A stretch of DNA of 64,000 nt from Haplodiscus bocki (lineage: Eukaryota), in NCBI GenBank assembly GCA_965655095.1, contig OZ296649.1, forward strand, positions 93,434,001 through 93,498,000, given 5' to 3'. Below are positions 27,501 to 40,427 of the stretch, one piece after another. The stretch's first letter is position 1; every line of letters starts with the position of its first letter. The notes under the pieces were generated by a model, which worked only from the letters and a program-made list of their open reading frames with translations, had not been told where the DNA came from and ran no database searches. The translations under genes were made by a program, and so were the position numbers.

Positions 27501-30500
27501 AACCAGGGACTGAAAAACGTTCGCGAACGACCACTCGAAAAAATCTAGAACGAAATTCGTTCCGCACGAACAACAATTGAACTTCATCCGACAACAAATG
27601 AAACAAGTTTCCCTGGAAGAAGTGAATGCGCAATCGGAATTATTACAGAAGAAAGATTTGGAAATTGAAGCCAGGAAAGTAGAAGAACTGTAATACCTTC
27701 GGATCTTATAATCTTTACCACTTCAGCAACTCCACGGAAGCGGCTGACTTCCCGATAATGCACGAAGTGAACGGAGGTGATAAAGATCAGTGTGAAATGC
27801 TTTGACTAAAGCGACATATAGTTTGAGTGGCCGGAAGCTGTCGATTAGGGACTTGAGGGAATTCGTGGACGCGCTTCTTGACAAAGGCAAAAATGCCGAA
27901 AACACCGTAAAGTCAGTATTCTTTGCATGGTGTAATTCTTCGAGACTACTATGGGAAGATGATACGCAAAAGTGGCCAAGAGATGCCACTGAAATAGTCA
28001 ACCCTAGAATCTCGAAAAACAACAAAGTTCCAACATAGTTGTAGTTAACAAGAAAATCTTCATATCAAACCCATTTTACTGTACCAAACCATTAAAACCT
28101 TTTTTGTTTCAACTAATTGGACTGCGGTTTTGGAAGACCCAAAGAAAATTGGGCCAGCCATGTAGATAACTGTAAAAACGCATGATTCATTATTAATTTC
28201 AATTCAATACCCTAAAACTTACATTTTTACTGAAACTCGGACAGCTCGCTCTAGCCCACTGATGAAAGGCAAAGGACAAATTTTTTATGCGACAACGCCT
28301 TTCGCAATGTCTCGTATTCGCTTATTCTCCTGTATGTGTAATAGGGTGAAAACTCTATTGAGTTGGTCACTAGCGGCAACGCTGGATTCGTTCCATGGTA
28401 GCTCCCCATCTTCAATTGTGGAGAACTATGTGAGTCGGCCTCTACACATTCTCTTTAGACAATTTCTTCTATTGTGTGTCAGGCTTATCAAAAAAACTCT
28501 TTGCTAAAAGTTGATAAAAGTCAAAAAGACTGGCAAAAACATCTACCAGTGTTCTTTTAACGAAGTTGGAGCAAAAAAGAAATTTGAAGACACATGTCGT
28601 TTCAGGTTCGAAGATGTTGCCGCCCAATGTTCCAAAAAGTTTCACAATAAACAACGCATAAATGAACATCGTGGGAAGAGACTGAATTTGACCGTTCACA
28701 CTAGATTCTTGATTGATACCTCAAGTGTTAGACAGAAAAGAGAAACTAATCATGAGCCGGTTTTAAATTAACATTCTTCAATTCAGTCAGAATGTGTAAA
28801 ACTGTCCCGGTGTTTACACTTGTATAGGTTTTTGACCAAAAAACAAAACGTTTTTCAACTTCCAAGTTCTGACAGCTACAACGATGGTCCATATGGTGCC
28901 CCTCAAATTCGTATGTAACTGTGATGCCTATTCAAAAATCAAGATATCACACGAAAAAGCATCAAAAAACAACATGGTAATACAATAAAGTACAGTAATT
29001 GCAAGTGCTCCTTCATTTTGGGCGACATTAGTTGAAAACAAGGGTTCGGAAAGGTAATCATTTAGGTTATGAATTTAAGACGAGGCACGGCAATGGACTA
29101 GTAGCGGTCACAAAACAGGTGGTAGACGACAATATTTAATACGAACTGGAAATGGCCAACGCCACGTTTCGCCCACCCGGAAAACTTTTGAAGGCATCAG
29201 AAAGCATTCGAATAACATACAAGAAGCAAGTAGAACTAGGCCATACGGTCACATAGATCGCCAAATACTCAGGCAAAAAATTTCTCAATTGATAAAAATC
29301 GCCAATCAATCGTAAAACTCTTGACAAATAGAAAGCTTCCTCCGACGTCAACGTTACCAGTAAAGCCGGAAACTTCCGAGTCATTACATTCTGCTGTCCT
29401 TAGTTGCTATTGAAAGGCTGCGGTCATCCTTTGGGCCCCCTTGTCACATTAAGATACAGATCTTCATGAAAGATTATGTAATAAGAAAGAAAATTAACTC
29501 AATGAGACCTTCTGTTTTTGCTGAGACAACTTAGTATTGTACTAATGTTTATCTTCTGCTAATACGAAAATGTTAAAGTTTAAAAAAAGACGAGTTCAGA
29601 GGAAAGAATGAAGGAAATGGAAAAAGGACTCAATAATTCTGACCATAAACCATGTTTGAATTTGAGGAGAGAACAAATATGCTTCTCGACCAAAATGGTG
29701 TTTCCAGCCGTCACAACATCGATGTCCAATGTATCACCGGGATGATAGTGTCTGCGTTATCTTCTGTCTTCTGGTAAACATAGGCTTTCAATTTTCCCGA
29801 AGGTTTTGCACAAATTCGTGGTCCATCTAGAAATAAATTACACGGTTCCTCCCTGGACAAATGAAGATATTGAATTTTTCGAAATCAACACTCGTACAGG
29901 TTTGTGTCCACATTGCCCTCCAAAGCTTATCGGAGGATTCAGCGGCATTCCCATGCTGATACGAGAGTGCTGCTGACTACTCTGGAAGAGAGTGTTACGT
30001 CAATCTACGAAGATTGATTCCGTGAGATGTATGAGATTAAATCATACAGAAGACGAGTGTCCCTTCTTGGATGCCGAAGAAAAGCTTCAAACTCTTAATG
30101 ATTGCATAATAAGTCGTTAGGTGACATCTTCAATGATCTCAAAAAAAGCAGACGGCATATTACAAAATTGACCTTCCTGACTCAACACCGATGTCAACTT
30201 CAGAACTGAGAAGTTTGATAAGAATGAAATACATTCAAACCGAGGTCTCTGATGAAAGTTGTTACCTTCCGTTGAAAGGTGCAGATGATCCTCATCGTAG
30301 TAGTACCTGCTTTATGTTTCATGAAGTTTAGAGGGTTTTTCTGAACAAACAAACTAAAGAGAGCGATATAACTTTGACGCTGGTGTGGTTGAAAAATGCC
30401 CATAACTACAATCAATTGACGTTGGCCAGTCGTGGCTTAAGTTAAGAGGAAAGTCTCGAGACTTATTGGTCAAGAACCGTGGTAGTCTTCAACCAGGGAC

Positions 30501-33500
30501 TGAAAAACGTTCGCGAACGACCACTCGAAAAAATCTAGAACGAAATTCGTTCCGCACGAACAACAATTGAACTTCATCCGACAACAAATGAAACAAGTTT
30601 CCCTGGAAGAAGTGAATGCGCAATCGGAATTATTACAGAAGAAAGATTTGGAAATTGAAGCCAGGAAAGTAGAAGAACTGTAATACCTTCGGATCTTATA
30701 ATCTTTACCACTTCAGCAACTCCACGGAAGCGGCTGACTTCCCGATAATGCACGAAGTGAACGGAGGTGATAAAGATCAGTGTGAAATGCTTTGACTAAA
30801 GCGACATATAGTTTGAGTGGCCGGAAGCTGTCGATTAGGGACTTGAGGGAATTCGTGGACGCGCTTCTTGACAAAGGCAAAAATGCCGAAAACACCGTAA
30901 AGTCAGTATTCTTTGCATGGTGTAATTCTTCGAGACTACTATGGGAAGATGATACGCAAAAGTGGCCAAGAGATTCCACTGAAATAGTCAACCCTAGAAT
31001 CTCGAAAAACAACAAAGTTCCAACATAGTTGTAGTTAACAAGAAAAACTTCATATCAAACCCATTTTACTGTACCAAACCATTAAAACCTTTTTTGTTTC
31101 AACTAATTGGACTGCGGTTTTGGAAGACCCAAAGAAAATTGGGCCAGCCATGTAGATAACTGTAAAAACGCATGATTCATTATTAATTTCAATTCAATAC
31201 CCTAAAACTTACATTTTTACTGAAACTCGGACAGCTCGCTCTAGCCCACTGATGAAAGGCAAAGGACAAATTTTTTATGCGACAACGCCTTTCGCAATGT
31301 CTCGTATTCGCTTATTCTCCTGTATGTGTAATAGGGTGAAAACTCTATTGAGTTGGTCACTAGCGGCAACGCTGAATTCGTTCCATGGTAGCTCCCCATC
31401 TTCAATTGTGGAGAACTATGTGAGTCGGCCTCTACACATTCTCTTGAGACAATTTCTTCCATTGTGTGTCAGGATTATCAAAAAAACTCTTTGCTAAAAG
31501 TTGATAAAAGTCAAAAAGACTGGCAAAAACATCTACCAGTGTTCTTTTTAACGAAGTTGGAGCAAAAAAGAAATTTGAAGACACATGTCGTTTCAGGTTC
31601 GAAGATGTTGCCGCCCAATGTTCCAAAAAGTTTCACAATAAACAACGCATAAATGAACATCGTGGGAAGAGACTGAATTTGACCGTTCACACTAGATTCT
31701 TGATTGATACCTCAAGTGTTAGACAGAAAAGAGAAACTAATCATGAGCCGGTTTTAAATTAACATTCTTCAATTCAGTCAGAATGTGTAAAACTGTCCCG
31801 GTGTTTACACTTGTATAGGTTTTTGACCAAAAAACAAAACGTTTTCAACTTCCAAGTTCTGACAGCTACAACGATGGTCCATATGGTGCCCCTCAAATTC
31901 GTATGTAACTGTGATGCCTATTCAAAAATCAAGATATCGCACGAAAAAGCATCAAAAAACAACATGGTAATACAATAAAGTACAGTAATTGCAAGTGCTC
32001 CTTCATTTTGGGCGACATTAGTTGAAAACAAGGGTTCGGAAAGGTAATCATTTAGGTTATGAATTTAAGACGAAGCACGGCAATGGACTAGTAGCGGTCA
32101 CAAAACAGGTGGTAGACGACAATATTTAATACGAACTGGAAATGGCCAGCGCCACGTTTCGCCCACCCGGAAAACTTTTGAAGGCATCAGAAAGCATTCG
32201 AATAACATACAAGAAGCAAGTAGAACTAGGCCATACGGTCACATAGATCGTCAAATACTAAGGCAAAAAATTTCTCAATTGATAAAAATCGCCAATCAAT
32301 CGTAAAACTCTTGACAAATAGAAAGCTTCCTCCGACGTCAACGTTACCAGTAAAGCCGGAAACTCCCGAGTCATTACATTCTGCTGTCCTTAGTTGCTAT
32401 TGAAAGGCTGCGGTCATCCTTTGGGCCCCCTTGTCACATTAAGATACAGATCTTCATGAAAGATTATGTAATAAGAAAGAAAATTAACTCAATGAGACCT
32501 TCTGTTTTTGCTGAGACAACTTAGTATTGTACTAATGTTTATCTACTGCTAATACGAAGTTAAAGTTTAATCTAGACGAGTTGAGAGGAAAGAATGAAGG
32601 AGATGGAAAAAGGACTCAATAATTCTGACCATAAACCATGTTTAAATTTGAGGAGAGACAAGATGTATCTCGACCAAATTGGTGTTTCCAGCCGTCACAA
32701 CTTCGATCTCCAATCTATCACCGGGATGATAGTGTGTGCGTTATTTTCTGGTAAACATGGGCCTTCAATTTTCTGGAAGGTTTTGCGCAAATTCGTGGTT
32801 CATCCAGAAATAAATTACACGGTTCCTCTCTGGACAATTGAAGATATTGAATTTTTAGAAATGAAAACTCGTACAGGTTTGTGTCCACATTGCCCTCAAA
32901 AACTTATTGGAGGATTCAGCGGCATTCCCATGCTGATACGAGAGTGCTGTTGACTACTCTGGAAGAGAGTTTTACGTCAACCTACGGAGATTGATTCCGT
33001 GGGCAGTATGAGATTAAATCATACAGAACACGAGTGTTCCTTCTTGGATGCCGGAGAAAGGCTTCGACCTCTTATTGATTCCATAAAAAGTCGTTAGGTC
33101 ACATCTTCAATGCTCTCAAAAAAAGCAGACGCATATTACAAAATTGACCTTCCTGACTCAACACCGATGTCAACTTCAGAACTGAGCCGTTCGAAGAGGA
33201 TGAAATACATTCAAACCGAGGTCTCTGATGAAATTTGTTACCTTCCGTTGAAAGGTGCAGATGATCCTCATCGTAGTAGTACCTGCTTTATGTTTCATGA
33301 AGTTTAGAGGGTTTTTCTGAACAAACAAACTAAAGAGAGCGATATAATTTTGACGCTGGTGTGGTTGAAAAATGCCCATAACTACAATCAATTGACGTTG
33401 GCCAGTCGTGGCTTAAGTTAAGAGGAAAGTCTCGAGACTTATTGGTCAAGAACCGTGGTAGTCTTCAACCAGGGACTGAAAAACGTTCGCGAACGACCAC

Positions 33501-33649
33501 TCGAAAAAATCTAGAACGAAATTCGTTCCGCACGAACAACAATTGAACTTCATCCGACAACAAATGAAACAAGTTTCCCTGGAAGAAGTGAATGCGCAAT
33601 CGGAATTATTACAGAAGAAAGATTTGGAAATTGAAGCCAGGAAAGTAGA

Positions 33650-36630
33650 AGAACTGTAATACCTTCGGATCTTATAATCTTTACCACTTCAGCAACTCCA
33701 CGGAAGCGGCTGACTTCCCGATAATGCACGAAGTGAACGGAGGTGATAAAGATCAGTGTGAAATGCTTTGACTAAAGCGACATATAGTTTGAGTGGCCGG
33801 AAGCTGTCGATTAGGGACTTGAGGGAATTCGTGGACGCGCTTCTTGACAAAGGCAAAAATGCCGAAAACACCGTAAAGTCAGTATTCTTTGCATGGTGTA
33901 ATTCTTCGAGACTACTATGGGAAGATGATACGCAAAAGTGGCCAAGAGATTCCACTGAAATAGTCAACCCTAGAATCTCGAAAAACAACAAAGTTCCAAC
34001 ATAGTTGTAGTTAACAAGAAAAACTTCATATCAAACCCATTTTACTGTACCAAACCATTAAAACCTTTTTTGTTTCAACTAATTGGACTGCGGTTTTGGA
34101 AGACCCAAAGAAAATTGGGCCAGCCATGTAGATAACTGTAAAAACGCATGATTCATTATTAATTTCAATTCAATACCCTAAAACTTACATTTTTACTGAA
34201 ACTCGGACAGCTCGCTCTAGCCCACTGATGAAAGGCAAAGGACAAATTTTTTATGCGACAACGCCTTTCGCAATGTCTCGTATTCGCTTATTCTCCTGTA
34301 TGTGTAATAGGGTGAAAACTCTATTGAGTTGGTCACTAGCGGCAACGCTGAATTCGTTCCATGGTAGCTCCCCATCTTCAATTGTGGAGAACTATGTGAG
34401 TCGGCCTCTACACATTCTCTTGAGACAATTTCTTCCATTGTGTGTCAGGATTATCAAAAAAACTCTTTGCTAAAAGTTGATAAAAGTCAAAAAGACTGGC
34501 AAAAACATCTACCAGTGTTCTTTTTAACGAAGTTGGAGCAAAAAAGAAATTTGAAGACACATGTCGTTTCAGGTTCGAAGATGTTGCCGCCCAATGTTCC
34601 AAAAAGTTTCACAATAAACAACGCATAAATGAACATCGTGGGAAGAGACTGAATTTGACCGTTCACACTAGATTCTTGATTGATACCTCAAGTGTTAGAC
34701 AGAAAAGAGAAACTAATCATGAGCCGGTTTTAAATTAACATTCTTCAATTCAGTCAGAATGTGTAAAACTGTCCCGGTGTTTACACTTGTATAGGTTTTT
34801 GACCAAAAAACAAAACGTTTTCAACTTCCAAGTTCTGACAGCTACAACGATGGTCCATATGGTGCCCCTCAAATTCGTATGTAACTGTGATGCCTATTCA
34901 AAAATCAAGATATCGCACGAAAAAGCATCAAAAAACAACATGGTAATACAATAAAGTACAGTAATTGCAAGTGCTCCTTCATTTTGGGCGACATTAGTTG
35001 AAAACAAGGGTTCGGAAAGGTAATCATTTAGGTTATGAATTTAAGACGAAGCACGGCAATGGACTAGTAGCGGTCACAAAACAGGTGGTAGACGACAATA
35101 TTTAATACGAACTGGAAATGGCCAGCGCCACGTTTCGCCCACCCGGAAAACTTTTGAAGGCATCAGAAAGCATTCGAATAACATACAAGAAGCAAGTAGA
35201 ACTAGGCCATACGGTCACATAGATCGTCAAATACTCAGGCAAAAAATTTCTCAATTGATAAAAATCGCCAATCAATCGTAAAACTCTTGACAAATAGAAA
35301 GCTTCCTCCGACGTCAACGTTACCAGTAAAGCCGGAAACTCCCGAGTCATTACATTCTGCTGTCCTTTGTTGCTATTGAAAGGCTGCGGTCATCCTTTGG
35401 GCCCCCTTGTCACATTAAGATACAGATCTTCATGAAAGATTATGTAATAAGAAAGAAAATTAACTCAATGAGACCTTCTGTTTTTGCTGAGACAACTTAG
35501 TATTGTACTAATGTTTATCTTCTGCTAATACGAAGTTAAAGTTTAATCTAGACGAGTTGAGAGGAAAGAATGAAGGAGATGGAAAAAGGACTCAATAATT
35601 CTGACCATAAACCATGTTTAAATTTGAGGAGAGACAAGATGTATCTCGACCAAATTGGTGTTTCCAGCCGTCACAACTTCGATCTCCAATCTATCACCGG
35701 GATGATAGTGTGTGCGTTATTTTCTGGTAAACATGGGCCTTCAATTTTCTGGAAGGTTTTGCGCAAATTCGTGGTTCATCCAGAAATAAATTACACGGTT
35801 CCTCTCTGGACAATTGAAGATATTGAATTTTTAGAAATGAAAACTCGTACAGGTTTGTGTCCACATTGCCCTCAAAAACTTATTGGAGGATTCAGCGGCA
35901 TTCCCATGCTGATACGAGAGTGCTGTTGACTACTCTGGAAGAGTTTTACGTCAACCTACGGAGATTGATTCCGTGGGCAGTATGAGATTAAATCATACAG
36001 AACACGAGTGTTCCTTCTTGGATGCCGGAGAAAGGCTTCGACCTCTTATTGATTCCATAAAAAGTCGTTAGGTCACATCTTCAATGCTCTCAAAAAAAGC
36101 AGACGCATATTACAAAATTGACCTTCCTGACTCAACACCGATGTCAACTTCAGAACTGAGCCGTTCGAAGAGGATGAAATACATTCAAACCGAGGTCTCT
36201 GATGAAATTTGTTACCTTCCGTTGAAAGGTGCAGATGATCCTCATCGTAGTAGTACCTGCTTTATGTTTCATGAAGTTTAGAGGGTTTTTCTGAACAAAC
36301 AAACTAAAGAGAGCGATATAATTTTGACGCTGGTGTGGTTGAAAAATGCCCATAACTACAATCAATTGACGTTGGCCAGTCGTGGCTTAAGTTAAGAGGA
36401 AAGTCTCGAGACTTATTGGTCAAGAACCGTGGTAGTCTTCAACCAGGGACTGAAAAACGTTCGCGAACGACCACTCGAAAAAATCTAGAACGAAATTCGT
36501 TCCGCACGAACAACAATTGAACTTCATCCGACAACAAATGAAACAAGTTTCCCTGGAAGAAGTGAATGCGCAATCGGAATTATTACAGAAGAAAGATTTG
36601 GAAATTGAAGCCAGGAAAGTAGAAGAGCTG
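33650..36630 (+). repeat. Extra tandem duplicate of the C monomer
   Basis: ORFs at 30713, 31252 and 32594 recur at +2976 (33689, 34228, 35570). The private variant TTCTTCCATTG is shared only by ~31455 and ~34431. Confidence 0.85.
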
Positions 36631-38216
36631 TAACACCTTCGGTTCTTATATTCTTTACCTTTTCAGCAACTCCACGGAAGCGGCTGACTTGCCGATAATG
36701 CACGAAGTGAACGGAGGTGATAAAGATCAGTGTGAAATGCTTTGACTAAAGCGACATATAGTTTGAGTGGCCGGAAGCTGTCGATTAGGGACTTGAGGGA
36801 ATTCGTGGACGCGCTTCTTGACAAAGGCAAAAATGCCGAAAACACCGTAAAGTCAGTATTCTTTGCATGGTGTAATTCTTCGAGACTACTATGGGAAGAT
36901 AATACCCAAAAGTTGCCAAGAGAGGCCACAAAAATAGTCAACCCTAGAATCTCGAAAAACAACAAAGTTCCAACATCGTTGTAGTTAACAAGAAAATCTT
37001 CATATCAAACCTATTTTACTGTACCAAACCATTAAAACCTTTTTTGAGTTTGTTTTCAATTCAATACCCTAAAACTTACATTTTTACTAAAACTCGGACA
37101 GCTCGCTCTAGCCCACTGATGAAAGGCAAAGGACAAATTTTCTATGCGACAATGCCTTTCGCAATGTCTCGTATTCGCTTATTCTCCTATATGTGTCATA
37201 GGGTTAAGACTTTATTGAGTTGGTCACTAGCGGCAACGCTGAATTGGTTCCATGGTAGCTCCCCATCTTTAATTGTGAAGAATTATGTGGGTCGGCATCT
37301 ACACATTCTCTTGAGACAATTTCTTCTATTGTGTGTCAGGCTTATCAAAAAAACCCTTTGCTAAAAGTTGATAAAAGTCAAAAAGACTGGCAAAAATAAG
37401 TATCAGTGTTTTTTCAACGAAGTTGGAGCAAAAAAGCTAAAATTGGAGACACATGATGTCGTTTCAGGTTCGAAGATGTTGCTACCCAATGTTCCAAAAA
37501 GTTTCACAATAAACAACGCATAAATGAACATCGTGGGAAGAGGCTGAATTTGACCGTTCACACTAGATTCTTGATTGATACATCAAGTGTTAGACAGAAA
37601 AGAGAAACTAAGCATGAGCCGGTTTAAAACTAACATTCTTCCATTCAGTCAGAATGTGTAAAAGTGTCCCGGTGTTTACATTTGTAAAGGTTTTTGACCA
37701 AAAAACAAAACGTTTTTGAACTTCAAAGTTGTTGACCGCTACAACGATGGTCCATATGGTGCCCCTCAAAGTCGTATGTAACTGTGATGCCTTTTCAAAA
37801 ATCAAGATATCGCACGAAAAAGCATCAAAAAACAACATGGTAACACAAATAAGTACAGTAATCGCAAGTACTCCTTCATTTTGGGCGACAATGGTTCAAA
37901 ACAAGTGTCAGGAAAGGTAATCAAGTTGTGTTATGAAATGATGACGAGGCACAGCAATGGACTAGTAGCGGTCACAAAACAGGTGGTAGAAATTTAATAC
38001 GAACTGGAAGTGGCCAACGCCACGTTTCGCCCATCCGGAAAAAATTTGAAGGCATCAGAAAGCTTTCGAATAACATACAATAAGTAAGTACAACTAGGCC
38101 CTAGGATCACATAGATCGTCAAATACTCAGGAAAAAAATTTCTCAAATGATAAAAATCGCCAATCAATCGTAAAACTCGTGACAAATAGAAAGCTTCCTC
38201 CGACGTCAACGTTATC

Positions 38217-39528
38217 AGTAAAGCCGGAAAAACCCGAGTCATTACATTCTGCTGTCCTTAGTTGCTATTGAATTGCTGCGGTTCTCCGTTGGGCCCCGTT
38301 GTCACATTAGGATACAGAGCTTCATGAAAGATTATGTAAAAGGAACGAAGTTTAACTCAATGCGACCGTCTGTTTTAGCTGAAGCAACTCAGTATTGTAC
38401 TAATGTTTATTCTGCTAATACGAAGTTAAAGTTTAATATAGACGAGTTGAGAGGAAAGAATGAAGGAGATGGAAAAAGGACACAATAATTCTGACCATAA
38501 ACCATGTTTAAATTTGAGGAGAGACAAGATGTATCTCGACCAAATTGGTGTTTCCAGCCGTCACAACTTCGATCTCCAATCTATCACCGGGATGATAGTG
38601 TGAGTCGGCCTCTACACATTCTCTTGAGACAATTTCTTCTATTGTGTGTCAGGCTTATCAAAAAAACTCTTTGCTAAAAGTTGATAAAAGTCAAAAAGAC
38701 TGGCAAAAACATCTACCAGTGTTCTTTTAACGAAGTTGGAGCAAAAAAGAAATTTGAAGACACATGTCGTTTCAGGTTCGAAGATGTTGCCGCCCAATGT
38801 TCCAAAAAGTTTCACAATAAACAACGCATAAATGAACATCGTGGGAAGAGACTGAATTTGACCGTTCACACTAGATTCTTGATTGATACCTCAAGTGTTA
38901 GACAGAAAAGAGAAACTAATCATGAGCCGGTTTTAAATTAACATTCTTCAATTCAGTCAGAATGTGTAAAACTGTCCCGGTGTTTACACTTGTATAGGTT
39001 TTTGACCAAAAAACAAAACGTTTTTCAACTTCCAAGTTCTGACAGCTACAACGATGGTCCATATGGTGCCCCTCAAATTCGTATGTAACTGTGATGCCTA
39101 TTCAAAAATCAAGATATCGCACGAAAAAGCATCAAAAAACAACATGGTAATACAATAAAGTACAGTAATTGCAAGTGCTCCTTCATTTCGGGCGACATTA
39201 GTTGAAAACAAGGGTTCGGAAAGGTAATCATTTAGGTTATGAATTTAAGACGAGGCACGGCAATGGACTAGTAGCGGTCACAAAACAGTTGGTAGACGAC
39301 AATATTTAATACGAACTGGAAATGGCCAACGCCACGTTTCGCCCACCCGGAAAACTTTTGAAGGCATCAGAAAGCATTCGAATAACATACAAGAAGCAAG
39401 TAGAACTAGGCCATACGGTCACATAGATCGTCAAATACTCAGGCAAAAAATTTCTCAATTGATAAAAATCGCCAATCAATCGTAAAACTCTTGACAAATA
39501 GAAAGCTTCCTCCGACGTCAACGTTACC
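38217..39528 (+). repeat. Internally deleted monomer (1,312 bp; about 1.66 kb missing)
   Basis: The junction GATGATAG-TGTG-AGTCGGCC at 38591-38610 joins two monomer positions that are normally ~1.67 kb apart (compare 17878 and 19551). The MLFFEIL marker ORF is missing from this unit. Confidence 0.95.
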
Positions 39529-40427
39529 AGTAAAGCCGGAAACTCCCGAGTCATTACATTCTGCTGTCCTTTGTTGCTATTGAAAGGCTGCGGTCATCCT
39601 TTGGGCCCCCTTGTCACATTAAGATACAGATCTTCATGAAAGATTATGTAATAAGAAAGAAAATTAACTCAATGAGACCTTCTGTTTTTGCTGAGACAAC
39701 TTAGTATTGTACTAATGTTTATCTTCTGCTAATACGAAGTTAAAGTTTAATCTAGACGAGTTGAGAGGAAAGAATGAAGGAGATGGAAAAAGGACTCAAT
39801 AATTCTGACCATAAACCATGTTTAAATTTGAGGAGAGACAAGATGTATCTCGACCAAATTGGTGTTTCCAGCCGTCACAACTTGGATCTCCAATCTATCA
39901 CCGGGATGATAGTGTGTGCGTTATTTTCTGGTAAACATGGGCCTTCAATTTTCTGGAAGGTTTTGTGCAAATTCGTGGTTCATCTAGAAATAAATTACAC
40001 GGTTCCTCTCTGGACAATTGAAGATATTGAATTTTTAGAAATGAAAACTCGTACAGGTTTGTGTCCACATTGCCCTCAAAAACTTATTGGAGGATTCAGC
40101 GGCATTCCCATGCTGATACGAGAGTGCTGTTAACTACTCTGGAAGAGTTTTACGTCAACCTACGGAGATTGATTCCGTGGGCAGTATGAGATTAAATCAT
40201 ACAGAACACGAGTGTTCCTTCTTGGATGCCGGAGAAAGGCTTCGACCTCTTATTGATTCCATAAAAAGTCGTTAGGTCACATCTTCAATGCTCTCAAAAA
40301 AAGCAGACGCATATTACAAAATTGACCTTCCTGACTCAACACCGATGTCAACTTCAGAACTGAGCCGTTCGAAGAGGATGAAATACATTCAAACCGAGGT
40401 CTCTGATGAAATTTGTTACCTTCCGTT

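Larger units (their letters stand above)
15900..33650 (+). repeat. Two copies of a three-monomer higher-order repeat (A-B-C, ~8,878 bp)
   Basis: Subtype-specific ORFs recur at exactly +8878: 19384/28262, 19633/28511, 20258/29136, 21322/30200, 21835/30713, 22374/31252, 23716/32594 and 24232/33110. The A part recurs at +8880/8881 (15931/24811, 17546/26427). Boundaries are approximate. Confidence 0.9.
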
